Assembly (NCBI GenBank): GCA_964247055.1
Contig: OZ176050.1
Coordinates: 10,726,001 to 10,790,000, forward strand
Source: Paragordius varius
Taxonomy: Eukaryota > Animalia > Nematomorpha
DNA: 64,000 nucleotides
Direction: 5' to 3'
The position numbers and the translations under genes were made by a program. Under the pieces are notes generated by a model. The model was not told where the DNA came from, ran no database searches, and saw only the letters and a program-made list of their open reading frames with translations. Below, piece by piece: positions 26,801 to 40,115 of this stretch. Position 1 is the stretch's first letter, and each line of letters opens with the position of its first letter.

Positions 26801-29800
26801 AGCCGAAAAAAGTTGTGGGCAACATGCAAACGTATCTGACTTGATCAATTCTTGTTTGAAACAACATGTGTTTGAACCACTCTTGTATGAATATTACAAT
26901 TATAATTTAATTTATTTACTGTATGTCATTTCATCAAATTTGTATATAAATTATATATATATATATATATATTTGCTAGAGGAATATATTATGTTAAAAT
27001 AGGCGTTTTCAATATAGTGTGTTAGAAATAAAAAAATGGGCTACTTATGTATTTTTACATTTATTGTTACAAATCAATTTTTATTTGATGTAAAGACCTT
27101 ATAAATTGTACAAAACGAGTATTAAATTCTTTTTGATACTATTATAATGTGATCAAAGGTTTAAAACTACAAATCTCTCAAGAATTATTTAAAACCCTAG
27201 AAATAGAGAGTTACTTTAATTTTTATTTTATTAATAATTTATGCAAATAAAATTTAGGAATAAAAGTATGATGAGATCGACTCCAGAAAAATATCACAAA
27301 TCTTCTAACGCACAGGTTCAATTCGCTTGGGATTGTTTGTACACATTCGTTGAACAAATCATGACGACCATCAATAACTGCCATATCTCGACTCAAAATA
27401 AACAGTTAAATAATGTTAGTTTTCTAAGTGAAAAAGATCACTTGCAAATAATTTCTAATGAATCATTTACACTTCCAAAGTCATCGCCTTGGTTAAATTT
27501 GTTTCGCTTGGCATTTGCGACTTATTGCAAAGAAAAATGGCCACATTCGTAATTATTTTTATTGAAATTATAATAATATTGAACTAAATGTTAAAATGTT
27601 AAAACTTTCCATTGTTTATCAAATCGATCAAGACATGATAATATATTTTGAGCTGAACTTTATATTTTATTATTATTTAGATCTACTGACGAAATTAATT
27701 TGGATTTTGCCTCTATTCAACAAACATTTTACACAAATGTTCAGCTTATGAACCCCAAAAATCCATATTTTAAGGTTTCTATTAAGTTATATCTTATTTT
27801 TCCATATAAACGATTTTACAAACCTTTAATATTGATTAAAATTTATTTTAGAGTGCTTGGTTTATGGTGACTATTTTGTTTGAAATTCAACCACAGTTTG
27901 ATGTTATTTTACCTAATGAAGATGTCATCGATTTCGGTTATTTATATGTGTTATCTTTAATATTAAAACCTTTTTGGGATTTGTTTAAATTTATTCATTA
28001 ATATACATAAAATTTTATACATTTTTTTATGTTTTATAATTTTGTCTAGAATTGTAAAGTTTACTCAATTGATTAATTATTTTAATGATTTTTCCTGTTG
28101 TGCTTTGTAATCTACTCTTATGCTTCTCTAATTTATGATAATGATTGATAAAAAAATATATTTACCCTTCTTTAATTATATACAATATATTTTAATTTCC
28201 TTTTAATATCCAAATTTTGACCATTATGTTTTTTTTATTTAACTGTTTTAACATATTTTAAATTTTACTAATATAGAAATGTTTTTGGTCCAATATGCCA
28301 ACAAGTATTTGATTCACCCCTTGACATTATTAATGAATCATTATACACAAGTCGTAACCGATGATAAAAACAACAGTATTATTGAATATAACACCACCCA
28401 TGATTTTAACACAACCATAATAAATAATATTCAAGAAATTTTAAATCAATATCAGATGCTTATTCATCATATTGACAATGAACCATACGGCAAAGACGAA
28501 AAATGTAGTATCGCGCTTAAGAGTTTTGAGAGCGACATTTTTTTACCTTGTCAAACCGTGATTTATATTTGTCAGACATTGTTAAACATTGTATTTCATT
28601 TAACATTGGTGTGTGTGATACGGATATTACATCAAGAACAAACCAAAAAATTTGACGATACTGATACTTACGTATGTCATAAATGTTGGCTATATTAGTT
28701 AAAAAGATAATTTTAGTTAAGTCTGAAAATAATTTTAGGCCTCTAATTGTTATTTTGTTAACATTCATATTAGGTATTAAGGGATAGACGGTTGCAAATA
28801 TGTTTAATATAAACTGATTCTAAATGTTTATTTATACAACCGTTAGTTTTTATTAACTTTTTTCGCATATTTTTTGTTCCTAAGATAAATAAAATAAATT
28901 TTGGAAATAATATATTAAAAAGCTAATATCATAAAATAATTTTAAATATAAATTATTCTCATATCTAAAACATAATATACCATTTTTTAAATTAAATTAT
29001 AATACCCTTCTTATTTTTCGTCATATTAGATAAAGATTGATGAATTTATCATAAACTCACTTTTTATGAAACTCTTAAAATTTTTGACTGGCATATTGAT
29101 GAATGGCTACCAACAACTAGATTCCACATTTTGTTTAGCTCTCTTATCCAACATAAATATGATTTATCATGGTATGCAAAATTTCATCCAAGCTTTAGAT
29201 AAAATAAGGGGGCATCATAATCATAAAGGTAAATAAGAATATAATGTTTTAACTCGTTATTAAAAATTCGGATGAATTAATAAATATGAAATGATTAATA
29301 TATTTAAACGTTTTAGAGGCTGCCAAATGGAAAGAGAGATTGACTTATGCTAACGATATAATTGTAGGTATGATTCATATCTGCATTGAGAGATTCCATC
29401 AAAATATTGATTTTGCTTCGAATCAACAAAACAAAAGTACGTTAATTTGAAACTTTCCTTGATTTATTAATTACACTTAAAATTTTATCAATACAGACAA
29501 AATTCCAAAATATAAAAACAAATATATTTCCTCAAGACCGTTTAATTTTTTACACTTGATTTTTTCTAAATCGCAAAGTGTGAAATAGAGATGTAAATTG
29601 GTAACACAATCAATTATATATTTTAGAATTAAAATTAAATAATTTTTATAGGAAAAATCAAGGTTTAAAAAAATATTGTCCTTTAAATATTTGTCTTTAT
29701 ATTTTTTGACTGTATAATTTCATTTTTACTGGAAATTTAAAATATTTTATTTTTTAACTATTTTTTTGACAGATTGTCTTTTGACAAACACAACTACACT

Positions 29801-32690
29801 CCTGACCGAAATGATTACGTTTGATTTTGGCATTCCCAACTTGATAAAACATGAAAATCTGGAAGCAATTTACCAAGCTCTCGATCGACATGTAACAAAT
29901 ACTATAATAGATTTGGAGATTATGACTAGTACAAAACTTTTTTAATATTTCAAACATATTTTTAATATTAGTTTTTTGTCATATATATTGGCTTTTTCTA
30001 TTATATTTGACAGAAGATGGTCAAGTGTATATTAATAATGATGACGATGATCCGTATTGTAAAAAATGGCATATAAGGTATCTTTTCGGAATATTTATCT
30101 AATTTTTTGAACATTATTAACGATAAATAAAACCATTCCCAATTCATATTATAAATTTAGATTGAAATTATTTACACTTCTTGGCACCTTTGGACGGTAT
30201 CAACAATCATACGCTAAACGCAATTTGTCAAATTTGCTAAAAGTTATGAAACTTTGTACTAATTTAGCCTTAACTGAACAAATCAAATATGAAGAACGGA
30301 CCTTTGAACCAAATAAATCAATCTGTTATGATGAATGCAATTTGATGTACTATATCCATGCCCTGAGAAATAATATAATACTGGATCTTTTGGAATATGT
30401 TAAGAGGTATATTGTTTTACCATGTATGATATAATTTTTTATAAATATATTTAAAGAATAAGGAAAGGGTATCAGAAAAGAGTACATGATTAATATTTAG
30501 AGAAGTGATAATAATCTTTAAAATGTAAAAAAAATGTGATAAAAATTTCTATAACCTTTGACATTTATGCAATTTTATTTTACCGTTTTGTAATTGAAAA
30601 AATAGGCTTATTACCAATTTTAATTTCTTTCCGATCGCGTATATAGTTTCCTGCTTTTTATATTTTTTACTTATCATTTTACTCGCACCTATTTAGGTAT
30701 CCAAGTTTAACGGACCCCTACATTCCATCGATCATTGAAAATGTAATGGTAACACAATTTTTACCTAACCAGCCTATCCCCTCTAACACCAACAATAGTT
30801 GCCAATTGTTTCAAATCGCACAATATCAAACCTTAACTACTTTCATGATTGATGTAATAGATCAGGGTTATGTGCCAATTACACGTTCTGGTATTTTGCT
30901 TTCTTTCATACCATTTTTGACTTTGGTGGACACCCAAGAATCCTCTTCACATATAAATGATTTATGGATAACTATGAATTTACGTATAAAATGTATGTTT
31001 GATAATTTGAACATTTTATCGGGAAAATCAAGTTATAATGCTGGGTATTTCTTTACCACACATTTCATGGATACAATATTGCTTTTACACGGTCTTATCA
31101 AACCTTTCAAAAACTTGAACATTGTATCTCAGTCTGAGAGGGAGTCCACAACTATAGTTTCGGAAAATAGTAATGGTAATTTATTTTAGAATAAATTTAA
31201 GATTTTATACTACATATAAATTTCGTTAATCATATTCTTTCCAATTATTTTTTTATTTTTTTCATTTCCTTTTTTGTTAAGAAACTTTTGAGCTACCACA
31301 CGAAATGGAAAATAATTATGGCAATACTCGAAATTTGGAAAAACTTTTTCTGCACGTGGGGATTCCTTCTCGGAACAAATTGCATCCCAAGGATCATTTT
31401 TATGACGACTCCCAATTATACACAAAAAAGTAATTTTCATTTTAATTTAAATTAAACAGAATTTCTCATAAATTTTTACTAAATCAAAACATATATTATT
31501 TGACGCTTTACGCACTTATAGACAACGCTTTGCAGTATATTTATATGGGTGGAAATATTTGAAAGTTCAACAGAAACTTTTGGTTGCCTTTAACTTGTGC
31601 ACTGGGCTTTTGATTCCGATCCTTGAAATTTTACCACAAAAATGTCGTCCAAATATAATCAAAGTATTTTACTGTTATAACATTATTTGGCCCTTTAAAT
31701 TATACTTAAGTCTTTATTTCATTAATATAATGGTTTTATATATATATCATTTATATTGATAAAATAAGGATATGGAGGAAATCAATCAAATAAAAATTAT
31801 GATCTCGATGCTCAATGATATTCTCGCTATTTTAAATTTTCGCGATGTATTGGCCCTTTTTCAAGAAATTAGAGGAATGCCTAATACTAAAGACAACACA
31901 ACTCCAAAAATTAAAAAACGTGCCCCAAAAAGTACACATATTTATACTATCTGAAACATTTAAAATAATACCATTTACAACCGCAAATTCACCCTTGAAC
32001 ATTTCCAATTCACCCTTGAACAATTTAAATCAACATGTCAAATTTACCCTAAAAATAAATTATTTTCCGTACTTATATAGCTCATGATTAATATGAAATA
32101 TTTCTTTATATTATAATTTATTATTTTTTTCAGTAACATGTTAAATTTAACCGAAATTTGATTTTTTTATTAATTGTAAAAAAATATATATCCAGTTTTT
32201 AATATTTAAAACACATAAATTATTTTATGGTGAATTTGAATTCTTCAAGGGTGTATTTGTCCAGGGGTCAATTTGAGGATAAATGGTATATTGCAAATTA
32301 TTATAATTAACAAAATAATTATATAGGGACAACACCAAAACGTATCAAAGGAGGGAGTTTGTCCAAAATTCAACAAAAACAATTAATCACGTCGCATTCA
32401 ATAGAAGGGAATCTATCAGGGATGGAAATAATCGATGCTGGAACTGATCAATCTTCGGAAAATGAAACAAAAATTCAACGAGTAAATATTTTTGTTTTAA
32501 CATATTTTTGAAAAATTATTTTAATATTTGTTAAAAACAATAGATTTATAAGGATCTCAAAGATGTGCTTTTACCTGCTTTACTGGATCTCAATAATTGG
32601 CGCCGAAAGTGGAAAAAACAACATGGATCATGGATAAAAATTGATTCTATCCAAATTTTAACTCTTATAGATATAGTGTCTGATGAATAG
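20840..32690 (+). CDS. NCAPD3: Condensin-2 complex subunit D3 (HEAT-repeat), highly divergent, multi-exon; 5' end uncertain
   Basis: Collinear matches to remembered CAP-D3 segments: SYSSIWTRVF (SMEESIWTFF), LVRRQCINTLTNLV (VRKQALQSLTELL), WLNLFRLAFATYCKEK (YLNKAFHIWSKKEK), SAWFMVTILF (PAWMLLSKIA), ALRNNIILDLLEYVKRY (AVRNNVIIVMCDLCIRY), FFTTHFMDTILLLH (MFFQHFIECIFHFN). Last exons 32327-32481 and 32553-32690 are phase-consistent with the donor at 31932. Confidence 0.8.
31969..32290. mobile_element. MITE family A inside an NCAPD3 intron; contains the left duplication breakpoint
   Basis: TACCATTTACA...AAATGGTATA termini. Confidence 0.8.
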
Positions 32691-33062
32691 TATTTTTGTT
32701 ATAACATATATAGAAAAAATATCGTGCAATATATAATTTTATTTTAGATTTTTGTAAAAAAATATATTTAGTTTACTTAATAAATATTTATGAATATGAA
32801 ATTTAACTTTTTTTACTAACGAAAATGAGTATACTATGATGTATCTTTATTATATTGACTTTTATCATGCGTAACTTATATACTTCAACGTAAATAGTTT
32901 ATATAATTTGGTATTCAATAGACAAAATCTTTTAATTTATAAAACATATTATTATTCGATACATAAATAAGGCATATTATAATGGGTGGAATCGTTTGGT
33001 AAATGGATTAATATTAATTTAGTAACAAACACATATAATGGGATAATAAAGAATCTATTAAT

Positions 33063-36000
33063 TTAAAACAAATTAATCCAAGGGTACGATTTCGGACATT
33101 TGTTAAAACAGATAACCGGGTGACGTTCTTCAGTCCAAGTTGTTTTGCTTATTTTGTAGCGACACTTTTTAGGCTTAGGGCATGCAGATTTTTCATTCCG
33201 TTCTCTCAGATGGTTACACTTAAAGGGCTCAAAATCATTAAGTTTTATATGTGGAACACCACCTTGCTTCATCCAATCCAATACCTGAGATATGGTAATT
33301 ATCCAAACATTATCAAATGACAGGGCATAATCCAAGAATTTTGCGAACCCTACATAATAGTTTTATTTAAAAAAAATAAGTAAATACATTGAAACATCAA
33401 CATTTTTTAAGTAAAGGCTACTTAACCCTAAAATATTTTTAAACCATTTTTGTTTACCTCGTAAGAAAATTCGGTTTATTAGTCCAGCATTAGATCATTT
33501 ATATTTTATCCAATTTAATCAAAAAACATAGGCATTTGTCAAGTAGTAACATTATTTGTCGAATACAAACGATATACATTTGAAAATAAGGGAAACGCCT
33601 TAACTTATCATCACGATAATTCATTGTACATATTTTATTTTATTTTTGTATTGATTATGTTAAATTCATAGATCTAATTTCGCTAAGATATGGGAATGAA
33701 ACAAATATATAAACATATTTTACAATAAAGGAACCATTTATATAAAAATATCCAATTCATATTATGATCTACTAGATCTTTTGCAATCAATGAGGTTAAT
33801 CCAAGGCCAAAAATTTTCTGTCAAAAACAAAAATATTGTTCGTGAGGTTCTCGATGGTTTGTCGGACGGTTCTTAGTGACAACATCAATAATTTATATAG
33901 GAATATTTTTCACTATTAAATTTAACTTCCATAAAATTAAACCCAAAAACAGTTAATATTTGTTTTAGAAAAAAATAAATAATAAAAATTATCATTCACC
34001 TTTAACCGTATGTTTAGCTTGAAAGTAAGAAGAGTGGAAAAATAGGGGAAGCGGTGCCTTGTTAGAATAGTAGTGTCGCTCGAAATTGAACTTCATGTCT
34101 TCATATACGGCTTTGATAGTTTTGGGTTGGGGACATCCATCCACCATAGCACACGTGTGAAATTTGGGTTCTGTGCTTTCAAGCGTGGCAGATTTGTATT
34201 GGAATAAGTCATCGTTGTTTATACCTTTTTGAATAAATTTTAATAACACATTTTTAACAATTTATGTGGCTTATGGCATAGTTTTGATACTACACATATT
34301 ACCCATCTTAAAGTTTACAAAGAAAGTATTCCATGCAAAAATAATTTTGAGAGTTTAAAACTCTTTTAAAAATGTCCGATGTTTCAATAATTTTTAATCG
34401 TTATGCGAAGTGATTTAAAAAAAATAAAAATTCATTTTTTTATACTTTGTGGCGTTGATTTTTTATTTGCATCATAGGAAAGTGGAGTGAAATCCTGTAA
34501 TTCGTCATCGTAGCTTCTGTAGGTTTTTTCGGTCATCTCCATATCCAAACTTTCTTTGCTATAAATTAATAAAAGGATGAGTTTAAGTTAAATATTTAAT
34601 GATAAATACATTATGGCATGATCGGTATCAATAATAACCGCGATCAAAAATTTGTAACCTTTATATACCATATCGTAACAAACGCCTATACAAATAAAAA
34701 ATAAAATTATCAAAAATAATGTCCATTTTTTGAAATTCAAAAATTTAATTAATTCAAAGGTATGAGCTAAATTTTTATTATATTACAATATAATGTATGT
34801 TAGGATATTAATTTGACGATCTTAAATTTCTCCATAAGTGGTCGAACTAGGGATTATCTTTAATCAGTAGCCACTGTAGCTAAATTATGTGAAATAAAAC
34901 GGTGATCAAAGAGAGAGAACAATTTGTATGGATTTGAACTGGAAATTTTTGTGTCTCTGGTTCCGGTTCGACATATTACTTTGAGAAAAACGGTTTATAA
35001 ACATAATTCTAGTTTAGTATCTAAAGTTTTATTAATATGGTTCTGATTTCGTGTTAATAATTTGAAATTACTTTGATCATAACTAAGCAGAAAACCATAA
35101 TTTTCCCTAAAAAATAAAAAACTTTTATGTTTAAATAGAAAAACAATATTAAATAACAAGGTTAACATAATAATAAATTAATATTTTGGAACTGGTAGAA
35201 GCCGGAATTTCCATCTCTCATAAAGATTACAAAATTATTTTTGATTTGTAGGTTGCAAAACGGTTTTAACAAAAACTTAAAGCTTTAATTCTATGAAAAC
35301 GGTCTCATTTTTATTTCCTAATTTTACAAACCAATGCTAACACTACTTTTCATCTCCGCCTTCATCAGAATTTATAAGTTGACTCTTAATGTTTTTCAGG
35401 TCGGAATCCTCAGTTTCGTCCTTTTTCTTGCTGGGAATCAGAGATTGGAAATACAGGAGTGGAACCTCCCATACTCCTGGCATTGCCTTTGTCGGACACT
35501 TTTCAATCAAACAGCTAACATTCTTAGCATTATCAAGAGTAAATGGGAAAAATGGTGGATTATTATCTTGTAGGGCCCAGGACGAATCATAAGTAAAATT
35601 TTCTTTGCGCAACATTTCAAACATTGTATTACCACCTTTTAAATATGATAAAAGTAATAAGGTTTTTTAGACTATTTTATATGATTATCATAAAAAGAAT
35701 GGAAAATTTGTAGGTTATAATTATGTACATATAATACAGTATAAATGGTTTAACCTTATATCAGTAGTCATAAGGGTAAACAATTGGTATTGGTATCGAT
35801 AATTATTAGAGTATTAATTTTTTTAAGTAGGTCCAATATAAGTGGAAGTTCCAATAACTCACACTTTTATTAAAGTAATTTTTGTTGAAATAATCATGAT
35901 TTAAAAAACCGTTAAACGAATTCGTAACTTGGCAAATGTAAAAAAGCTAAAACCATAAAGCAATTTTTCATTAAAATACCACTAATGTTTTGTGAGAATA

Positions 36001-39000
36001 TTATAAAACACCATATTAGATATTCTATTCATTAAATCAAATAAATATATTAAAAGTTTAAATTATACGGACAAAACGTAAATATATAAAGACAAATATT
36101 TTTTTCTAAAAGCCAACCATACTTTTTAAATATATATTTTTTTAAATAGTTTTTTAGAAAAAAATATTTGTCTTTATATTTACGTTCGGTATAATTTTAA
36201 TTTTTACTGTATATCTTTGAAAAAACATCAATAATAAAATAGATGACCCATCCTCAAGTATGGTGCTCGCATTCCTTTAATATCTTGAATGGGGATATTG
36301 GCTAATTTGCTGATAATACGCCTTTGGCCCACCATTTCACGTCTCCATTCATCGTATGAAGCAGAATTCCAATATGATTCCGGAAATTTGTGACTAAAAA
36401 ATATAAAAACGGTATGAGATTCTCATATATATATTTTACACTTTCAATGGCTGGTGAAATCACTAAATGTTTGATAATATTATTTAGCTAAAATAAATAA
36501 TATTCATATTTTGGCAACACAAGGTAAGTGGTAAATATGTAAAAAAGTATTATTAAATTACTATTAAAGTATAGAATGAGTAAGTATACTGGAAAGTTAT
36601 TAAATATTGCCGAATATTTAGGACAATAAAGGGCAGTATTATTGGCTAATAAATAGTAAAAAGTCAAAAAAATAACTATAAGCCAATTGCCCTTTGTTGT
36701 ATTTGCTATTTGGCAATAATTAATAACTTTCTAGCAATGTATACTTACTAATACTCTATATTAATATTATCTTACGCACAAAAGTTTTTTGTTTTGAATA
36801 ATAATGTAAAAATAAATGGTCAAACCTAATAGAATGGGAACCAATCTCGTGTCCTAATCGATACAATCGATTAACTCTTGAATAATCTGTGTATTCGTGG
36901 GAAACAAAAAATGTCGCTCCTATGGGACATCCATTTGGGTTTTTGCGGAACGGTTGGAACAAATATGAATATATGCTGATTAATAAAAGAATTTAAATAT
37001 AATAAAAATAAAATTACAACCATGTTTTATCAATTTTGTGGGGCAACCTAAATATAAACCCAATATAAAGATACCTATCCCTCATAGTTTTGGAAATTAT
37101 GCTCAAACTATATATTTATAAATAAAAATCAGATTTAATGGTGTTACATTATAAAAGGAACAGATGCGATATCATAAAATATTTTACTGGCCAAAGTATC
37201 TTTGTGGTTAAATAATAAAATAAACATTTAATACAAATATCTGAAAATAAATGGTAACTTATCATAATCTTGTCGGCGTACGCTATCATCAAACGTTATC
37301 ATAATAAGTTGTGGCATTTCATCGGGTTTGACGCTGGGCGGAACATCACTCGAAGGACATCTGCAGTGCGGATGACTGCAGGTTTCGGTGTCACATCCAT
37401 CACCAACTGTGTAATATTTGATAATTCAAAAAATTAGTCGTAAAATAACTGAAAAATATTTAAAAAATAGTAAGTCAAAAGAAATATTTTCCAACCATTG
37501 TTTTCGGAACAATTGAGTTCATCTGAGAAATCTTTGCAATTGGCTAATCCATCACATAAAGCGTCAGTCGGGATGCATTCTCGGGTATCTGTGCAACGCC
37601 ATTCGTTAAAACGACACTTATCTTTGAAATTTCACGTACAAAAATTCATTATATTTTATTTTAAATTTAAATAATTGGGAGTATGGTTAAAGGCAAAGGA
37701 GCTAATTTAACCGTTAAATCATTTTTTAAAAGCAAACGTATTGAGCTTATAAAACAGTCCATTAAGCTGTTAACTAAGTAACGATTTGTTTAAGTCTGAA
37801 AAGTTTCATTTTAATTTTTTTCATATATATGCGTATTATGACCGCGATAACATGCCTAGTTGTCGCCCATTGTTTACACCATGATTGCACATATCAAATT
37901 ATATTTTAGTTTAATTTCCAAAATTAGTTTGCGGTTAAGCAAAAATATTTTATAAATAACCTCCTTGGGTATATGTAACAGTTGTTGAAGTTACATTTTT
38001 AGATTCGGTAATAGTGTCAGAATGTATGGTTTCTTCAATTACTTCATTTATTGGAACTATATGCAAATATAATAATAAGAAATTATTTTTGAGAAACCCT
38101 TAATAAATAACATTGTGTGCAAAAAAATTAACAAAATATTTTTTTATATGAGATAGCTTATAACCAGGGAATTCATTTGCCGCAAAATTTTTATTTGTTG
38201 AAGACCTAATTTATAATGAGAGAAAATCAAAATTGGCCAAAAAGTGAAAATTAAGAATAATTAAGGCTTATTAAAAAAATTATGATAAAACTAGAGATAT
38301 GGTTTGTTATTATTTTATCAGATATTTACAATTTATAAATAGCCTAAAATTCTATAGTAGTTAATGTTTTATAAAACTCAATCAAAATCGCGTTTTTCTT
38401 TATACATACTTAAAAGACATAATTTTTTATGAAAATATTTTAATAACTAGCTAAACTCACTAAATAAAATTGATAAAATATTGTTTTTTATTTTTTCATA
38501 TTTTTGTCATTTGGTTTATTAGTACCAAATTAATTTTGGAAGGCTATGATTGAATAAAGAGTGGCTAAACTTTAGGTTATAATGTTAGTCATGCACGTGT
38601 TTCGTTAAAATTTCGTTAATATTTTTATGCTCATTTAAAATAAAATATCTATTAATTTAACCAGGGAGGTGCAAATTTAAGATTAGCAAATTCTTTAGAT
38701 CAATATTAGATGATTATATAATAACCGTCCGCAGAACTACAAGCGTGCTACTTTTTACACTATAATTACTGACATCACATATCCCATCAAGTAATTTTAA
38801 GGCAGTTATTTAAAAGTAACTTATATCAATAATTTGAGTGAATAATTAATATTTGATTTACCAGGTTCGACATTGCATTCCAATTCATCGGAGCCATCAG
38901 AACATTCAATGAGTCCATTACAACGGCCCTTGGCTGGGATACAGCCTTCAGTAGCACATTTGTATTCATCATCACGGCATTGTGTTTCATTGTATATGAG

Positions 39001-39017
39001 TTGTTTGAATTTATTCA
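33063..39017 (-). CDS. Headless chitin deacetylase cassette A (LDLa-linker-LDLa-CE4 catalytic domain), 10 intact exons
   Basis: Exons 38862-39017, 37961-38056, 37496-37621, 37259-37406, 36826-36975, 36248-36393, 35347-35635, 34446-34558, 34000-34224, 33063-33349. All are GT-AG and phase-consistent. Motifs TFDD, HSISH, RAPY, YDSS and PLFFH are intact. No signal peptide, CBM14 or first LDLa exon. Confidence 0.85.
36570..36760. mobile_element. Small inverted-repeat element in a deacetylase intron (second copy at ~43913-44103)
   Basis: AGTAAGTATACTGGAAAGTTATT vs AATAACTTTCTAGCAATGTATACTTACT; present in both duplication units. Confidence 0.45.
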
Positions 39018-39419
39018 CTACAATAAAATATGCTTTTATCTTTATCAAAAATCTTGGATAGAGTCCTAAATTTTAGCCTGACGAAACATATATAGCTCAT
39101 CGCTAATATATTAAAATATGAATTGTATATATTTTAAGTTAACAGTAAAAATTGAAATTAAAAAAATAAAGTGGAAGAGTATAAAGAAAAAAAGACCGCT
39201 AAGCTTTTCTAAACTTGATTTTTTAAACATAACTGATTTCTCTAAACTGCAAAGTATGAAATAGCGATGTAAATCGGCAACACAATCATTAATATATTTT
39301 ACAAATTGTAATTAAATAATTTATATAGGAAAAATTAAGATTCAAAAAAGTGTGGATATTCTTAGAAAAAAAAGTTGTCGTTTTTACATTTTGTGTGTAT
39401 AATTTCAATTTTTACTGTC

Positions 39420-39689
39420 AACAATTCAAATCAACATTTCAAATTTACCCTAAAAATAAATTATTTTCCGTACTTATATAACTCATGATTAATATGAAAT
39501 ATTTCTTTATGGCATAGTTTATTATTTTTTTAAGTATTATTTAATACGAAATTTGATTTTTTTGTTAAATGTAAAAAATATATATCCAGTTTTAAATATT
39601 TAAAAACATATAATTTATTTTAGGGTTTTTGAATTCTTCAAGGGTGAATTTAAATTGTTCAGCGGTCAATTTGAGGTGTAAATGGTATA
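39420..39689. mobile_element. MITE family A, left-truncated by the duplication junction
   Basis: Right TIR TGTAAATGGTATA present; left TIR replaced by deacetylase intron sequence. Confidence 0.8.
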
Positions 39690-39725
39690 TTGCAAATTCA
39701 TATTATTAACAAAATAATTATATAG

Positions 39726-40115
39726 GGACAACACCAAAACGTATCAAAGGAGGGAGTTTGTCGAAAATTCAACAAAAACAATTAATCTCTTCGCATTCAA
39801 TAGAAGGGAATCTATCAGGGATGGAAATAATCGATGCTGGAACTGATCAATCTTCGGAAAATGAAACAAAAATTCAACGAGTAATATTTTTTTTTGAAAA
39901 TTATTTAAGTAAATTTTATAATTTTATTATTAAATTTAAGGTGGTTTATTTTTGTAAAAAAACAATAGATTTATAAGGATCTCAAAGATGTGCTTTTACC
40001 TGCTTTACTGGATCTCAATAATTGGCGCCGAAAGTGGAAAAAACAACATGGATCATGGATAAAAATTGATTCTATCCAAATTTTAACTCTTATAGATATA
40101 TTGTCTGATGAATAA
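39726..40115 (+). CDS. NCAPD3: Duplicated orphan NCAPD3 terminal exons (39726-39880, 39978-40115), intact
   Basis: Same lengths (155 and 138 nt) and splice sites as 32327-32481 and 32553-32690; two amino-acid changes (T>S, V>L); stop TAA instead of TAG. Confidence 0.6.

Larger units (their letters stand above)
32019..39418. repeat. Tandem segmental duplication unit A (~7.4 kb)
   Basis: Collinear, roughly 90-98% identical to 39420-49257 once the hAT insertion is removed. Confidence 0.95.

Noticed and set aside
37188-37199. Possible 12-nt in-frame micro-exon (ATACTTTGGCCA) in a deacetylase intron conserved in both units
   Set aside because: Direct splicing already gives the canonical CDA alignment, and the conservation is explained by the duplication.
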